DNA of 64,000 nucleotides from a virus: positions 10,010 through 74,009 of the IMG/VR virus record IMGVR_UViG_3300025764_000004; one strand, 5' to 3'. This document shows, piece after piece, positions 8,647 to 18,520 of this stretch (its first letter is position 1; each line of letters opens with the position of its first letter). A model generated the notes under the pieces. The model saw only the letters and a program-made list of their open reading frames with translations, was not told where the DNA came from and ran no database searches. The translations under genes and the position numbers were made by a program.

Positions 8647-9668
8647 GAACAGTAATATTAAACATTCCAATAGAACCTATTGAAGATAGATATAGTGTAC
8701 AATGGGATAAATGGTTTCAGAGTGCTTTTCATGAGAATCCTGATTTAGAACTTATTAGTGTGCATGGAGGAGTTACTTCAGGAAGTATCAGACAAGGTAG
8801 TTTTTTAGATGTCATAGAAACGAATCTATATAAAAATAAACAGTTAGACAAGATTCTGCATTATCTAAACACTTATAAAGATGATCATAAACTCATTTTA
8901 TTTTTCCATGATTTGTGGAATCCTGCACTTACATCAATAGCGTACGTTCGGGATGGGATGGGTTGGAAAAATCTACGTATATGCGGATGTCTTCATTCAG
9001 GAAGTTATGACAAGTTTGATTTTTTAAACAAACAAGGAATGACTAAGTGGGCAGCTAGAATAGAAGAAGGATGGTGTAAGATTGTAGATAAAATATTTGT
9101 AGCTACTCATTATCATGATATTTTACTACGCTCAAAAAGAGTATTATTAGATGATTGGGATAAAATTGTTGTAACAGGATTCCCTCTTTATGACGATTTT
9201 CAACAACCTCATAATATAATGGATGACGAAAGTATTCCTATTATAGTATTTCCTCATCGTTTAGACAGTGAAAAGAATCCTCAAATGTTTGATGAATTAA
9301 AAAGCAGACTACCAAGTTATAGATTCATCAAAACAAAAGAAAACTGCAAGACTAAAGAATCATATTATCGTTTATTAAAATCTTCTGATGTTGCTGTTAG
9401 TTTTGCAGATCAAGAAACCTGGGGTATAGCAATGCAAGAAGCAGTTATTTGCGGAGCTCTTCCGATGTGTCCTAATCGTTTGTCTTATACTGAAATGTAC
9501 CCATCTGCTTTTTTATTTGAGAATTTTGAAGAGTGTGTCAACAAAATAAAATGGTTATTAGCACATGAGAATCAAGCTAATGAATTTCTACAAAATACCA
9601 AAAATACAATTCTCCGTAAAGGCAGAGAAGCAATTCCAAATATGATTAAAGAAATTGAAAAACTATGA
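8643..9668 (+). CDS. GT-B fold (GT4-like) glycosyltransferase
   Basis: VFPHRL..EK.P, QETWGIAMQEA (E-x7-E), P.RLSY.E. Confidence 0.85.
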   Translation: MRTVILNIPIEPIEDRYSVQWDKWFQSAFHENPDLELISVHGGVTSGSIRQGSFLDVIETNLYKNKQLDKILHYLNTYKDDHKLILFFHDLWNPALTSIAYVRDGMGWKNLRICGCLHSGSYDKFDFLNKQGMTKWAARIEEGWCKIVDKIFVATHYHDILLRSKRVLLDDWDKIVVTGFPLYDDFQQPHNIMDDESIPIIVFPHRLDSEKNPQMFDELKSRLPSYRFIKTKENCKTKESYYRLLKSSDVAVSFADQETWGIAMQEAVICGALPMCPNRLSYTEMYPSAFLFENFEECVNKIKWLLAHENQANEFLQNTKNTILRKGREAIPNMIKEIEKL

Positions 9669-9802
9669 AAACAGACATATATCCAGATGATGAAGATTAT
9701 GAAGAAATAATCAAAGATGATTATGAAGATGATAGTGAATGGGAGGAAGAAGATGAAGATAAAGAAGATGGCTATGGTATAACTTCAGATGATGAATTAT
9801 GA
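9665..9802 (+). CDS. 45-aa hyperacidic microprotein
   Basis: MKTDIYPDDEDYEEIIKDDYEDDSEWEEEDEDKEDGYGITSDDEL; ATGA overlaps with both neighbours. Confidence 0.7.
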   Translation: MKTDIYPDDEDYEEIIKDDYEDDSEWEEEDEDKEDGYGITSDDEL

Positions 9803-10878
9803 AAAAGAATATTTTTGATTTCAAAGTGTTTATAGATTGTGGGGCTCCTTCGCTCTACAATAAACTGTCTCGAAATGATTTATCTGGTGGGCGAGGAGTG
9901 ATGGGCACAAAGATGTCGGAACGTAAATTTGATGATTACTCCTATGTAGACAAACCAGAATATGCTACTTATCGAGAAGCTTATATTGAATTTATGTTAA
10001 AGCATAAGGATGAAGTTGATGTTTATTCAAACTTAGATGTTATCAACAATCCTAAACTGACATACAGAAATCAAAAGATAATCGAAGAAGCAGGGTTACA
10101 TCCAATTCCAGTTTGGCACTTAGGCAATGATCCGAAATGGTTAGAAAGGTATGTTAAAGAATACGATTATATTGCTATCGGAGGACTTGTACCTAACCCG
10201 ACATCTGTACTGATTCCTTTATTAGATGCCTTATTTAAAGAACACTTGCTAGACAGCAAAGGGTACCCGAAAGTTAAGCTTCACGGCTTTGCCTGCACTT
10301 CATTGCCACTGATGGAACGCTTCCCATGGTTTTCAGTCGACTCGGCTACTTGTAGAAAACTTGCAAACTTCGGAAGTATTGTTTTGCCAGATTACGGTAA
10401 ACAGAATCCTGTTAGTACATTTCAAGTGTCTTCTCGTACAAAAAGAATACCAGAAGAAAAAGTAGGAATGTTTAATCTTGAGGATGCTCCTGCATCAGAC
10501 TGGTTAACAGATATGTCAAGTCAAGTTAGGAAAGCATTTGATTTAAGATTAGATAAATACGGAATGACTATACAACAATTAGGGGACAGTATTATTCACA
10601 GAGTTGTCTGGAATTATTTAATCTTCTCTGAAGTAATACAAAAGACTGTTCCTGCATGGCCGTGGAGTATGCAGACTAGACAATGTAAATATGAGTCTGC
10701 ATATTGTGAGGAAGATCTCGGTTACATGACTTTCTATTTTGCCGGAATACTTAGCAAAAGTGAAGAGAATACATTCTGGAAAGGTGTATCCCATCCTATT
10801 ACTGAACGATTAAAAGGTTCACTTCGATCCTTTTTCTATGCACAGAACGCTGAATATGTACTTAGTTTAAAAAAGTAA
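9799..10878 (+). CDS. dpdA: TGT-fold DNA guanine transglycosylase, DpdA-like
   Basis: FIDCGA.S (DSGA/G motif), NLDVI, PVWH, IAIGGL, LHGFA, SVDSAT; in fol/que cluster. Confidence 0.78.
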   Translation: MKKNIFDFKVFIDCGAPSLYNKLSRNDLSGGRGVMGTKMSERKFDDYSYVDKPEYATYREAYIEFMLKHKDEVDVYSNLDVINNPKLTYRNQKIIEEAGLHPIPVWHLGNDPKWLERYVKEYDYIAIGGLVPNPTSVLIPLLDALFKEHLLDSKGYPKVKLHGFACTSLPLMERFPWFSVDSATCRKLANFGSIVLPDYGKQNPVSTFQVSSRTKRIPEEKVGMFNLEDAPASDWLTDMSSQVRKAFDLRLDKYGMTIQQLGDSIIHRVVWNYLIFSEVIQKTVPAWPWSMQTRQCKYESAYCEEDLGYMTFYFAGILSKSEENTFWKGVSHPITERLKGSLRSFFYAQNAEYVLSLKK

Positions 10879-10884
10879 AAGATT

Positions 10885-11427
10885 ATGTTTTTTAACGAAG
10901 AACCAAAAGATCAGAAAGGGTACAAAGGAGGCTCAGATAAGAATCTGTCTGATATAGATCGTTATGTCAAGCCTTTATTAAATTCCCTTGGATTTGATTG
11001 TAAGAAAGCTAAAGAAGATAATACTAGCAATAAACAGGTTCTGTATAAAAAAGGGGAGTTTGATCCAAAAGATGATTCCACCTATGTACTTGCCCAGATT
11101 ATTATTGTTGAAGATTTGCATAGTATTGACACACGTGCAAACAGTAATATTCCTGAAGAAGTAGTTAATAATACAACAGAAGAAAATAGAGTAAAAACTT
11201 GGTGGAATTTCTTAGGATTACACAATACTTATTTGTTTTTGTATGTCAAGCGTGGTAATTGGTTTATACTTGTGCCTTATGCAGACATTCCCGAAGATCA
11301 TTATCAATTGACTTATCGCGGACGTCCTGATAGGAAAAACCGTATGTGGGTGCCTACAGAATACCTACCAAAGTTTAAAAAGAGTTCCCACTTAGAAGAA
11401 GATCTAAAATCAATATTAAATTGTTAA
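10885..11427 (+). CDS. hypothetical protein (possibly nuclease-like)
   Basis: ORF; no firm motif. Confidence 0.55.
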   Translation: MFFNEEPKDQKGYKGGSDKNLSDIDRYVKPLLNSLGFDCKKAKEDNTSNKQVLYKKGEFDPKDDSTYVLAQIIIVEDLHSIDTRANSNIPEEVVNNTTEENRVKTWWNFLGLHNTYLFLYVKRGNWFILVPYADIPEDHYQLTYRGRPDRKNRMWVPTEYLPKFKKSSHLEEDLKSILNC

Positions 11428-11430
11428 GAT

Positions 11431-11655
11431 ATGGATACAAATAAATTAGGACAAGAACCGGCATTTCCAATTGACAATACAGCAAATTATGGCAACAACG
11501 AACCGGGAATATCAAAGCGTTTTTACGCTGCCTGTGCTGCAATGCAAGGACTATTATCTAATAGCAACGAAAACATGGTTACATTAAACGCTGAACAGCT
11601 TGTGTTTATAGCTTTTGAACATGCAGACGAACTTTTAAGACAAAAAAATATATAA
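11431..11655 (+). CDS. conserved small phage protein
   Basis: PAFP...GISKR.Y.A..AMQGLL...A...AD.LL pattern common in phages. Confidence 0.7.
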   Translation: MDTNKLGQEPAFPIDNTANYGNNEPGISKRFYAACAAMQGLLSNSNENMVTLNAEQLVFIAFEHADELLRQKNI

Positions 11656-11658
11656 AAA

Positions 11659-12672
11659 ATGGAAATCAGTAAATCACAACTACTAGCTGCCTTAGAAATT
11701 GTAAAACCAGGCTTGGCAAACAAAGAACTCATTGAACAATCAACCTCATTTGCATTTATGGGGGATAGAGTTGTCACCTACAATGATGACATATCAATGT
11801 CTCATCCTATTACAGGACTTGAGTTGACAGGTGCAGTAACCGCAGAATTACTTTATAAGCTTCTCGGAAAGTTAAAAGACGATGCAATCAATATCGAGTT
11901 AAAAGAAGGTGAAATCTTGTTTAAATCAGGACGTGCAAAAGCCGGATTAAACATTCAACAAGAAATCAAACTTCCACTTGACGAGGAAATTGCATATAAA
12001 GAGAAGTGGAAAGCATTACCTGACACATTTATAGCAGGTGTTGATTTCAGTGTAGGTAGTTGCAGTAGAGATATGTCTAGGCCTGTTCTTACCTGTGTTC
12101 ATGTTATACAAGAAGGGTTTGTCGAAGCGTCAGACTCCCATCGTATTATGAGATATACTTTAGCAGGAGAGATGCCTATTGAGGATTTTTTATTGCCTTC
12201 ATCTGCTGCCATGACTATGTGCAAACTTAAACCAACACATATTGCAAAGGGACGAGGATGGGTTCACTTTAAAAATGCAAAAGAAACAATTTTGTCTTGT
12301 CGTATATTTGAAGATAAGTTTCCTGACACATCTGTTATTTTAGATGTAAAAGGTAAGCCTATTGAATTGCCTAAAGAAATTTCTGTAATTCTGGATCGTG
12401 CTGCGGTGTTTGCAAAGCGAGATCACCAAATGGATGAAAGTGTTCAAATTACATTAGAGCCTGGACGTCTAAAAATAAGAGGACAGGCAGAAAGCGGATG
12501 GTTTGAAGAATCCTGTCGTATGACTTATGAAGGAGAAAATTTAACATTCAATGTTACTCCTTATTTGTTAAAAGGAATATTGACACAGACTTCTTCTGGC
12601 ATATTAGGCGAGCATCTTTTAAAGTTTGAAGGTGCAAATTGGATTTATGTAACAGCATTAAGAGAGGTATAA
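11659..12672 (+). CDS. dnaN: DNA polymerase sliding clamp (beta-like)
   Basis: 337 aa, SRPVLT.V, ASDSHR, FPD...I, FN..YL. Confidence 0.8.
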   Translation: MEISKSQLLAALEIVKPGLANKELIEQSTSFAFMGDRVVTYNDDISMSHPITGLELTGAVTAELLYKLLGKLKDDAINIELKEGEILFKSGRAKAGLNIQQEIKLPLDEEIAYKEKWKALPDTFIAGVDFSVGSCSRDMSRPVLTCVHVIQEGFVEASDSHRIMRYTLAGEMPIEDFLLPSSAAMTMCKLKPTHIAKGRGWVHFKNAKETILSCRIFEDKFPDTSVILDVKGKPIELPKEISVILDRAAVFAKRDHQMDESVQITLEPGRLKIRGQAESGWFEESCRMTYEGENLTFNVTPYLLKGILTQTSSGILGEHLLKFEGANWIYVTALREV

Positions 12673-12675
12673 ATT

Positions 12676-12993
12676 ATGAAAAAAGTACCACAATTTAACG
12701 AAGTAACATTCAATCTCTATAAAGATTTTGAAATATGGCTAAATAAAAATACATGTAAGAAAATTCTTTTAGATGATCGTGGCCAAGATATACAAATGAT
12801 TTGGGTTCATGAAACAGGAGAGATTTTAAATTGTGATTTTCATGCAAGTATGTACAATGGTAGATTTGTCGGTTTAAATCATTTAAAATGCGGATTACCA
12901 ATTTATTTATTTAATCCTGAAACAGAAACGTTTCAACCACTTAATGGATTAATTGTTAATGAAATTATAGAATGCGACGAACAATCACATTAG
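12676..12993 (+). CDS. hypothetical protein
   Basis: ORF in operon. Confidence 0.55.
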   Translation: MKKVPQFNEVTFNLYKDFEIWLNKNTCKKILLDDRGQDIQMIWVHETGEILNCDFHASMYNGRFVGLNHLKCGLPIYLFNPETETFQPLNGLIVNEIIECDEQSH

Positions 12994-13295
12994 ATGATAA
13001 AATCAACATGGTACTTCGTTACCTTGTTGCAAAAATAGACCCTACCACAAACGGTTCACATTTAGTGTATTATGAAGAAGCATATGGCAAGAAACGGACT
13101 CCGCATCCTGTCACTTATCTTGATTGCAAAGGAAATACAGATGCCGTGCCAGAGGAATTACCGTTGCCTTTTGATGACATTGTAGTTTACGTAGACAAGA
13201 AACGGATCATTATTTGTGGAAATGATTTCTATTACAAATTTTCACCACATTTTATATTAACATTACAAGAACGATTTAAAACTTTTACAAAGTAA
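12972..13295 (+). CDS. hypothetical protein
   Basis: ORF in operon. Confidence 0.55.
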   Translation: MRRTITLDDKINMVLRYLVAKIDPTTNGSHLVYYEEAYGKKRTPHPVTYLDCKGNTDAVPEELPLPFDDIVVYVDKKRIIICGNDFYYKFSPHFILTLQERFKTFTK

Positions 13296-13504
13296 TGACA
13301 AAGAAACAATTCGACATACAACAATGGGAATATACCTCAGCCTACTATGGGGTGCATGAAATAGCTGTACGGAATTTTCCTGATTACTTAAATCAACAAG
13401 GCCAATTAGGATGGGAACTAATTCAAATAATTATTGAGAGAATGAGAAATGATCCTAATGAACATGCAAACTATACATTTCTATTTAAAAGAAAAATAAA
13501 CTAA
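13295..13504 (+). CDS. DUF4177-like small protein
   Basis: WEY...LN..G..GWEL....FKR. Confidence 0.65.
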   Translation: MTKKQFDIQQWEYTSAYYGVHEIAVRNFPDYLNQQGQLGWELIQIIIERMRNDPNEHANYTFLFKRKIN

Positions 13505-14724
13505 TGTCTGGATTTTTCACTATAAAAGAAACAGAATCAAAAGATCGTCCAGGAGGCAAGAAATTCACTTGCATAGCCTGTGGAGCTTATCGAAACTGCA
13601 CATCACCTAGAATGGAACCATACGGCGAGTTTCGTAAAAAGATTCTCATTATAGGTAGTGGTTTAGAAAAAGTGGATGATTCAGCAGGTGTTCCTTTTCA
13701 AAGTAGATACGGTAAATTCTTAGAAAAAACATTGCAAAGTTTAGGTATTGATTTATTTGAGGATTGCTTGACAATGAATTCAGTCCATTGCTGTATAAAA
13801 GATGAGGATGAGGATTTAATAGCACCAACTTCGTACAACATAGAATGCTGCCGAAAATCAACACTTCAAACAATAGAGCAGTACAAGCCTCACTTAATAA
13901 TCCTCCTCGGGAATTCAGCGTTATTCAGCCTCATAGGACACCGTTGGAAAAAAGATCTAGGAACCATAGATAAGTGGAGAGGATGGGCAATCCCAGACCA
14001 AGACTTTAAATCGTGGATATGCCCGACATACGATCCTAAGCAAGTGATGAACAGCAAAGGAGACATTATGTTTACGATATGGAAACTTGACTTAGAACTA
14101 GCCTTATCTAAGCTTCAAGAATCTATCTATCTGAATGCGGAGCCTAACATTATGACACTTGAGGAAAAGGACTTGCCTGTACTTAGTACAATCAAAAACG
14201 GAAATATTGCGTTTGACTATGAGACTACTGGCCTAAAATGTCATGCTGCTGGACACCGAATTGTTTCTTGTTCCGTAGCATACGATGAAAATAATGTCTA
14301 TGTCTTTATGATGCCTGAAACAAACAAAGGAAGACGTCCATTTTTAGAGTTGCTTGCGGATCCTATGGTTGGTAAAATAGCTCAAAATATGAAGTTTGAA
14401 CATACCTGGTCTTGTGTTCGTTTAAGACAGCCTGTCGTTAATTGGGTTCATGACACTATGTTAATGACACATTTATTTGATAATCGTCCAGGTGTATCTG
14501 GTTTAAAATTTCAAACTTATGTGCAATTTGGTGTCGTAGATTATGACAGTGAAGTCTCTCCTTATTTAAAATCTGTAGAAGAAAAGAATGCTAATGCTTT
14601 AAATCGAATCATGGAATTAGTTGCAAAGCCTGGAGGAAAAGAATTGTTACTGAAATATAACGCTTATGATTCGATTTACGAATACCGTTTATCTGAAATA
14701 CAAAATAAAATTATAGAACAATGA
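13504..14724 (+). CDS. DNA polymerase N-terminal subunit: family-4 UDG-like domain plus 3'-5' exonuclease
   Basis: CxxC Fe-S cysteines, P..IILLG..A, PTYDP; Exo I FDYETTGL, QNMKFE, HDTM, YNAYDS. Confidence 0.82.
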   Translation: MSGFFTIKETESKDRPGGKKFTCIACGAYRNCTSPRMEPYGEFRKKILIIGSGLEKVDDSAGVPFQSRYGKFLEKTLQSLGIDLFEDCLTMNSVHCCIKDEDEDLIAPTSYNIECCRKSTLQTIEQYKPHLIILLGNSALFSLIGHRWKKDLGTIDKWRGWAIPDQDFKSWICPTYDPKQVMNSKGDIMFTIWKLDLELALSKLQESIYLNAEPNIMTLEEKDLPVLSTIKNGNIAFDYETTGLKCHAAGHRIVSCSVAYDENNVYVFMMPETNKGRRPFLELLADPMVGKIAQNMKFEHTWSCVRLRQPVVNWVHDTMLMTHLFDNRPGVSGLKFQTYVQFGVVDYDSEVSPYLKSVEEKNANALNRIMELVAKPGGKELLLKYNAYDSIYEYRLSEIQNKIIEQ

Positions 14725-14984
14725 CAGCAAAAATTTGGTTGACTGAATGGGATGTAACTCATTTAAAATTTCGTTGGTTTTTCTTAGAATATGGTTTTAC
14801 TAAAGAGTGGTTTAAATTACTGACTACTCGTAAAAATGAAAAAGATGCTTTTTCTGAAACACAACAGGCATACATAATGAAAGAAATTCTAAATGATGTG
14901 TGGTTTAAACTTCCAAGTAATGTGTTTAATATTAAAGTAAATCCAAAAGGTTGGAACGAGTTTTTATTTTTAGTTGAAGAATAA
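14721..14984 (+). CDS. hypothetical protein between polymerase halves
   Basis: ATGA and TAATG overlaps. Confidence 0.6.
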   Translation: MTAKIWLTEWDVTHLKFRWFFLEYGFTKEWFKLLTTRKNEKDAFSETQQAYIMKEILNDVWFKLPSNVFNIKVNPKGWNEFLFLVEE

Positions 14985-16369
14985 TGAATATAAATCCTAA
15001 AACACCAGAAGCTTATCAGTTATTGCATAATGGGACTTTGGCTTTATCCCGAGCAGAACAGCAAGGATTGAGAATTGATATGGATTACATAGAGGAGCAG
15101 AAAGAATTTGTTACTAAGAAAATTGCACAAATAGAACAAGAATTTAAAGAGACTGAGTTTTATGCAAACTGGGAAAAGTCTTCTAAAAATCCTGTTAATA
15201 TTAATTCCAGTACTCAATTAGAGAAGTATTTGTACGAAGTTCTAGGTCTACGGATTGATAAAGAAACAAAAACAGGCAAAGGCTCCACTGATGATGAAGC
15301 ATTAAAACAATTAAATATACCTGAGTTAAATGATCTTTTAAAAGCTAAAAAATTAAAGAAAGTCAGGGATACTTATTTAGATGGGATAGGAAGAGAAACT
15401 GTCAACGGTGTATTACATCCATTTTTTGACTTAGGACAGGCCGTAACCTACAGATCTTCAAGTAATTCTCCGAATTTCCAGAACATGCCTATCAGGGATG
15501 AGGAATCTATGACAATTGTTCGAGGTGCAATCAAGCCTCGTCCAGGGCACATGTTAATGGAGGCTGACTTTAGCGGAATTGAAGTACGAGTAAACGCTTG
15601 TATAAATAAAGACAAAAACTTAATAAAGTACATTAAAGATCCTACAAGCGACATGCACGCAGACATGGCGACTCAGCTATTTTCTCTAAGTAAGTTTAAC
15701 AAAGCTATTGCAGGACACGGAACTTTAAGACAGGCTGCGAAAAACGCTTTCGTGTTTCCAGAGTTTTACGGAAGTTATTATAAAAATTGTGTCAAAGGAT
15801 TAGTTTGTTCTTGGGGAAAGTTATCAAAAGGAACTTGGAAGCCTGGGCAAGGTATTGCTCTTGGGAATAAATATTTATCTGATCATTTAATTTCTCAAGG
15901 CATTAAATCATTTGATGCAATGACAGAGCATGTAAGATTGATTGAGGAAGATTTCTGGGGCAATAGATTTAAAGAGTATGCAAGATGGAAAGACTTATGG
16001 TGGGATCAATATCAGAAAACAGGATATATTGACATGCCTACAGGGTTTCGCTGTAATGGCTTAATGGACAAGAAACAAGTTTGTAACTACCCTGGACAAG
16101 GCTCTGCTTTCCATTGCCTACTTTGGTCCCTTATAAATGTAGATAAGGTAATGGTAGAAGAAGAATGGGATACACGTATTGTAGGACAGATACACGATTC
16201 TATCTTATTTGATACTTTACCAGAAGAAAAGGAATATGTGAAAGAAGTTGTTAATGATATTTTGACACAGCAATTGCCAAAAGCGTTTTCTTTCATTTGT
16301 GTCCCAATGGAAATCGAAATAGAAGAGTATGAAGTAGACGGACCCTGGGTCAAAACTAAAAATAATTGA
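14984..16369 (+). CDS. polA: family A DNA polymerase, polymerase domain
   Basis: RSSSNSPNFQNMP, motif A ADFSGIEVR, motif B R..AK..F...YG, motif C QIHDS. Confidence 0.92.
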   Translation: MNINPKTPEAYQLLHNGTLALSRAEQQGLRIDMDYIEEQKEFVTKKIAQIEQEFKETEFYANWEKSSKNPVNINSSTQLEKYLYEVLGLRIDKETKTGKGSTDDEALKQLNIPELNDLLKAKKLKKVRDTYLDGIGRETVNGVLHPFFDLGQAVTYRSSSNSPNFQNMPIRDEESMTIVRGAIKPRPGHMLMEADFSGIEVRVNACINKDKNLIKYIKDPTSDMHADMATQLFSLSKFNKAIAGHGTLRQAAKNAFVFPEFYGSYYKNCVKGLVCSWGKLSKGTWKPGQGIALGNKYLSDHLISQGIKSFDAMTEHVRLIEEDFWGNRFKEYARWKDLWWDQYQKTGYIDMPTGFRCNGLMDKKQVCNYPGQGSAFHCLLWSLINVDKVMVEEEWDTRIVGQIHDSILFDTLPEEKEYVKEVVNDILTQQLPKAFSFICVPMEIEIEEYEVDGPWVKTKNN

Positions 16370-16593
16370 TTATGACACCTGCTAAAAAAACACCAGATGG
16401 CAGAGAAATTCTTGTACTTTATATGCACGGATATGAATATCATATCGTAGAATCTTTACCTAGGAACCTAGGCGGTAATAAAGAATTAAACATGCCTCAG
16501 CCTTGTTTTATGGGGCATCATAACTTCGGATTAAGATACTGTAAAAAGATAAGTAAATATAAAAAATCACTTTTAAATTTTCAAATAACATGA
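16366..16593 (+). CDS. hypothetical protein
   Basis: ORF in operon. Confidence 0.45.
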   Translation: MIMTPAKKTPDGREILVLYMHGYEYHIVESLPRNLGGNKELNMPQPCFMGHHNFGLRYCKKISKYKKSLLNFQIT

Positions 16594-17504
16594 GTCTATA
16601 TCAAACACATCGTCCAAATGATTTTTCCTCAGTAAAAGGAAATGCAGATGTAATAAGTATCCTTGAAGGAATGTTATCCAATTTAGAGACATTTCCACAT
16701 GCCTTATTATTTTTCGGTGAAACCGGCTGTGGGAAAACAACTCTTGCTCGTATAATTGCAGCAAAATTAGGTTGTAAAGGTAGTGATCTAAAGGAAATTG
16801 ATAATGCTGATTTCCGAGGAATTGATTCTGTACGAGATATAAAAATCAGTGCTCAATATGCTCCTATGGAGGGTCGTTGCAAGGTGTATATACTCGATGA
16901 AATCCACAAAATGACAGGGGATGCTCAGAACAGTCTGTTAAAAGAACTAGAAGAAATTCGTCCTCATGTGTATTATATCCTTTGTACGACAGAACCTCAA
17001 AAACTGTTAGCAACGATAAAAGGACGTTGCAGTCAATTCCAAGTCAAACCATTGACAGACAGTCAAATGAAAGGATTGCTTCGTGGGATTGTACGTTCAG
17101 AAAAACAAACATTAGATGATGAAGTCTATGATCAAATCATACAAGACAGTTTAGGTCATCCAAGGAATGCAATTACAATTTTAGAACAAGTATTAAATGC
17201 AGATCCAGAACGTAGATTAGCTATTGCTCAACAAACCGCAGCACAACAATCACAAGGGATAGAATTGTGCCGTTTATTAATGAGCAAATCAACCAAATGG
17301 GCTTCTATTGCTTCAATATTAACAGGATTAAAAGATCAAGAACCAGAAAGTATTCGTCGTATTGTATTAGGATATGCTCAAGCTGTTTTGTTAAAATCTG
17401 ATAATCCTAGATGTGGGTTAATCCTTGAGTGCTTCATGGATCCTAATTTCACTAACGGCGGACCACAGCTCGTTCAAAGCTGTTATATGGTTTACAAAGG
17501 TTAA
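16590..17504 (+). CDS. dnaX: clamp loader, DnaX (gamma/tau)-like
   Basis: LY..HRP..F, GETGCGKTT, DEIH, LLK.LEE, TI..RC. Confidence 0.9.
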   Translation: MSLYQTHRPNDFSSVKGNADVISILEGMLSNLETFPHALLFFGETGCGKTTLARIIAAKLGCKGSDLKEIDNADFRGIDSVRDIKISAQYAPMEGRCKVYILDEIHKMTGDAQNSLLKELEEIRPHVYYILCTTEPQKLLATIKGRCSQFQVKPLTDSQMKGLLRGIVRSEKQTLDDEVYDQIIQDSLGHPRNAITILEQVLNADPERRLAIAQQTAAQQSQGIELCRLLMSKSTKWASIASILTGLKDQEPESIRRIVLGYAQAVLLKSDNPRCGLILECFMDPNFTNGGPQLVQSCYMVYKG

Positions 17505-17543
17505 CTTTGCTTTTTGTATAATAACAATAAAAACTATAAAATT

Positions 17544-18050
17544 ATGGCAATAAATTACGAAAAAGACATCGAGATTGATGGAGAAGCATTAGATCAAGAA
17601 TGGCTCAGACAAGCTTCATTAATGATGAAGTACTGTCATATTTCTGCACAAACACAAATGGAATTAGATTCCGCAAAAGAAATGTTAGATGTTGTTAAAG
17701 CAGGATTAGACAAAGCTATTCGAGAAAATCCTGAACAATATGACATTGTTAAGGTGACAGAAGTAGTAATTTCAAATACAATAATTGTCCAAGGAAGTTA
17801 TACAGAAGCCTACGGTCATTATCTTCAAGTAAAATATGAAGCAGATATGGCAAAAGGAGCTGTTCGTGCTATTGAACAACGTAAAGATGCCTTAGAAAAT
17901 TTAGTTCGTTTATATAACGGGCAGTATTTTGCAGGACCTAAAGTCCCTTTAAATATCAACAGAGAATGGGTTGAAAAAGAAAAAGAAACTCGTGTTAATG
18001 CAGGTGTTGCACAAGGATTAAGAAGAAGGAGAATTGTAGATGAAGAATAA
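17544..18050 (+). CDS. UvsY-like recombination mediator (coiled coil)
   Basis: helical, A.EQRKD.L..L pattern, next to SSB/RecA. Confidence 0.5.
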   Translation: MAINYEKDIEIDGEALDQEWLRQASLMMKYCHISAQTQMELDSAKEMLDVVKAGLDKAIRENPEQYDIVKVTEVVISNTIIVQGSYTEAYGHYLQVKYEADMAKGAVRAIEQRKDALENLVRLYNGQYFAGPKVPLNINREWVEKEKETRVNAGVAQGLRRRRIVDEE

Positions 18051-18342
18051 CGAAGATCAAGTCTGGGTTACCATTAGTAGAACTATTAATTTAGGAAACT
18101 ATAATAGTGTTAAAATTGAAGCAGGCTTATCTCAAACTATAGGCGAAAACGACCCTAAAGATTTATTAGATGCAATTTGTGACAATGTATTTGAGCTTAT
18201 CAAAGTAAAAAGCAAAAAGTACAAAAAAGAATTGAAAGAAAAGCCTGATACAACTTCAAAAAGAATCAAGAAACCTTGGGTGAAAAATAAATTCCCAGAC
18301 GAAGAGTACGGTCCAGATGCTGGTGATAATCCTAACGACTAA
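18040..18342 (+). CDS. conserved hypothetical phage protein
   Basis: RTINLGNY.S.KIE.G pattern. Confidence 0.6.
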   Translation: MKNNEDQVWVTISRTINLGNYNSVKIEAGLSQTIGENDPKDLLDAICDNVFELIKVKSKKYKKELKEKPDTTSKRIKKPWVKNKFPDEEYGPDAGDNPND

Positions 18343-18346
18343 AATT

Positions 18347-18520
18347 ATGGAAGCACTTCAAATTATAGGTAGCATATTAGTCTTTCTTTGTGCTTTTATA
18401 TTTCTATTCTACTTGCTAAGTAGAATGCAAATGAAAGCCTGGTTACAAGAAATAGATAGTTTTTTCGAAGATAAATTAAATACACTTAAAAAAGAAGAAC
18501 ATGGCAAAGAAGAAAAGTAG
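18347..18520 (+). CDS. small membrane protein
   Basis: one TM segment. Confidence 0.55.
   Translation: MEALQIIGSILVFLCAFIFLFYLLSRMQMKAWLQEIDSFFEDKLNTLKKEEHGKEEK

Noticed and set aside
14721-14984. Intron, intein or homing endonuclease in the polymerase
   Set aside because: No HNH, GIY-YIG or LAGLIDADG motif; no non-coding intron core; genes are coupled by overlaps.
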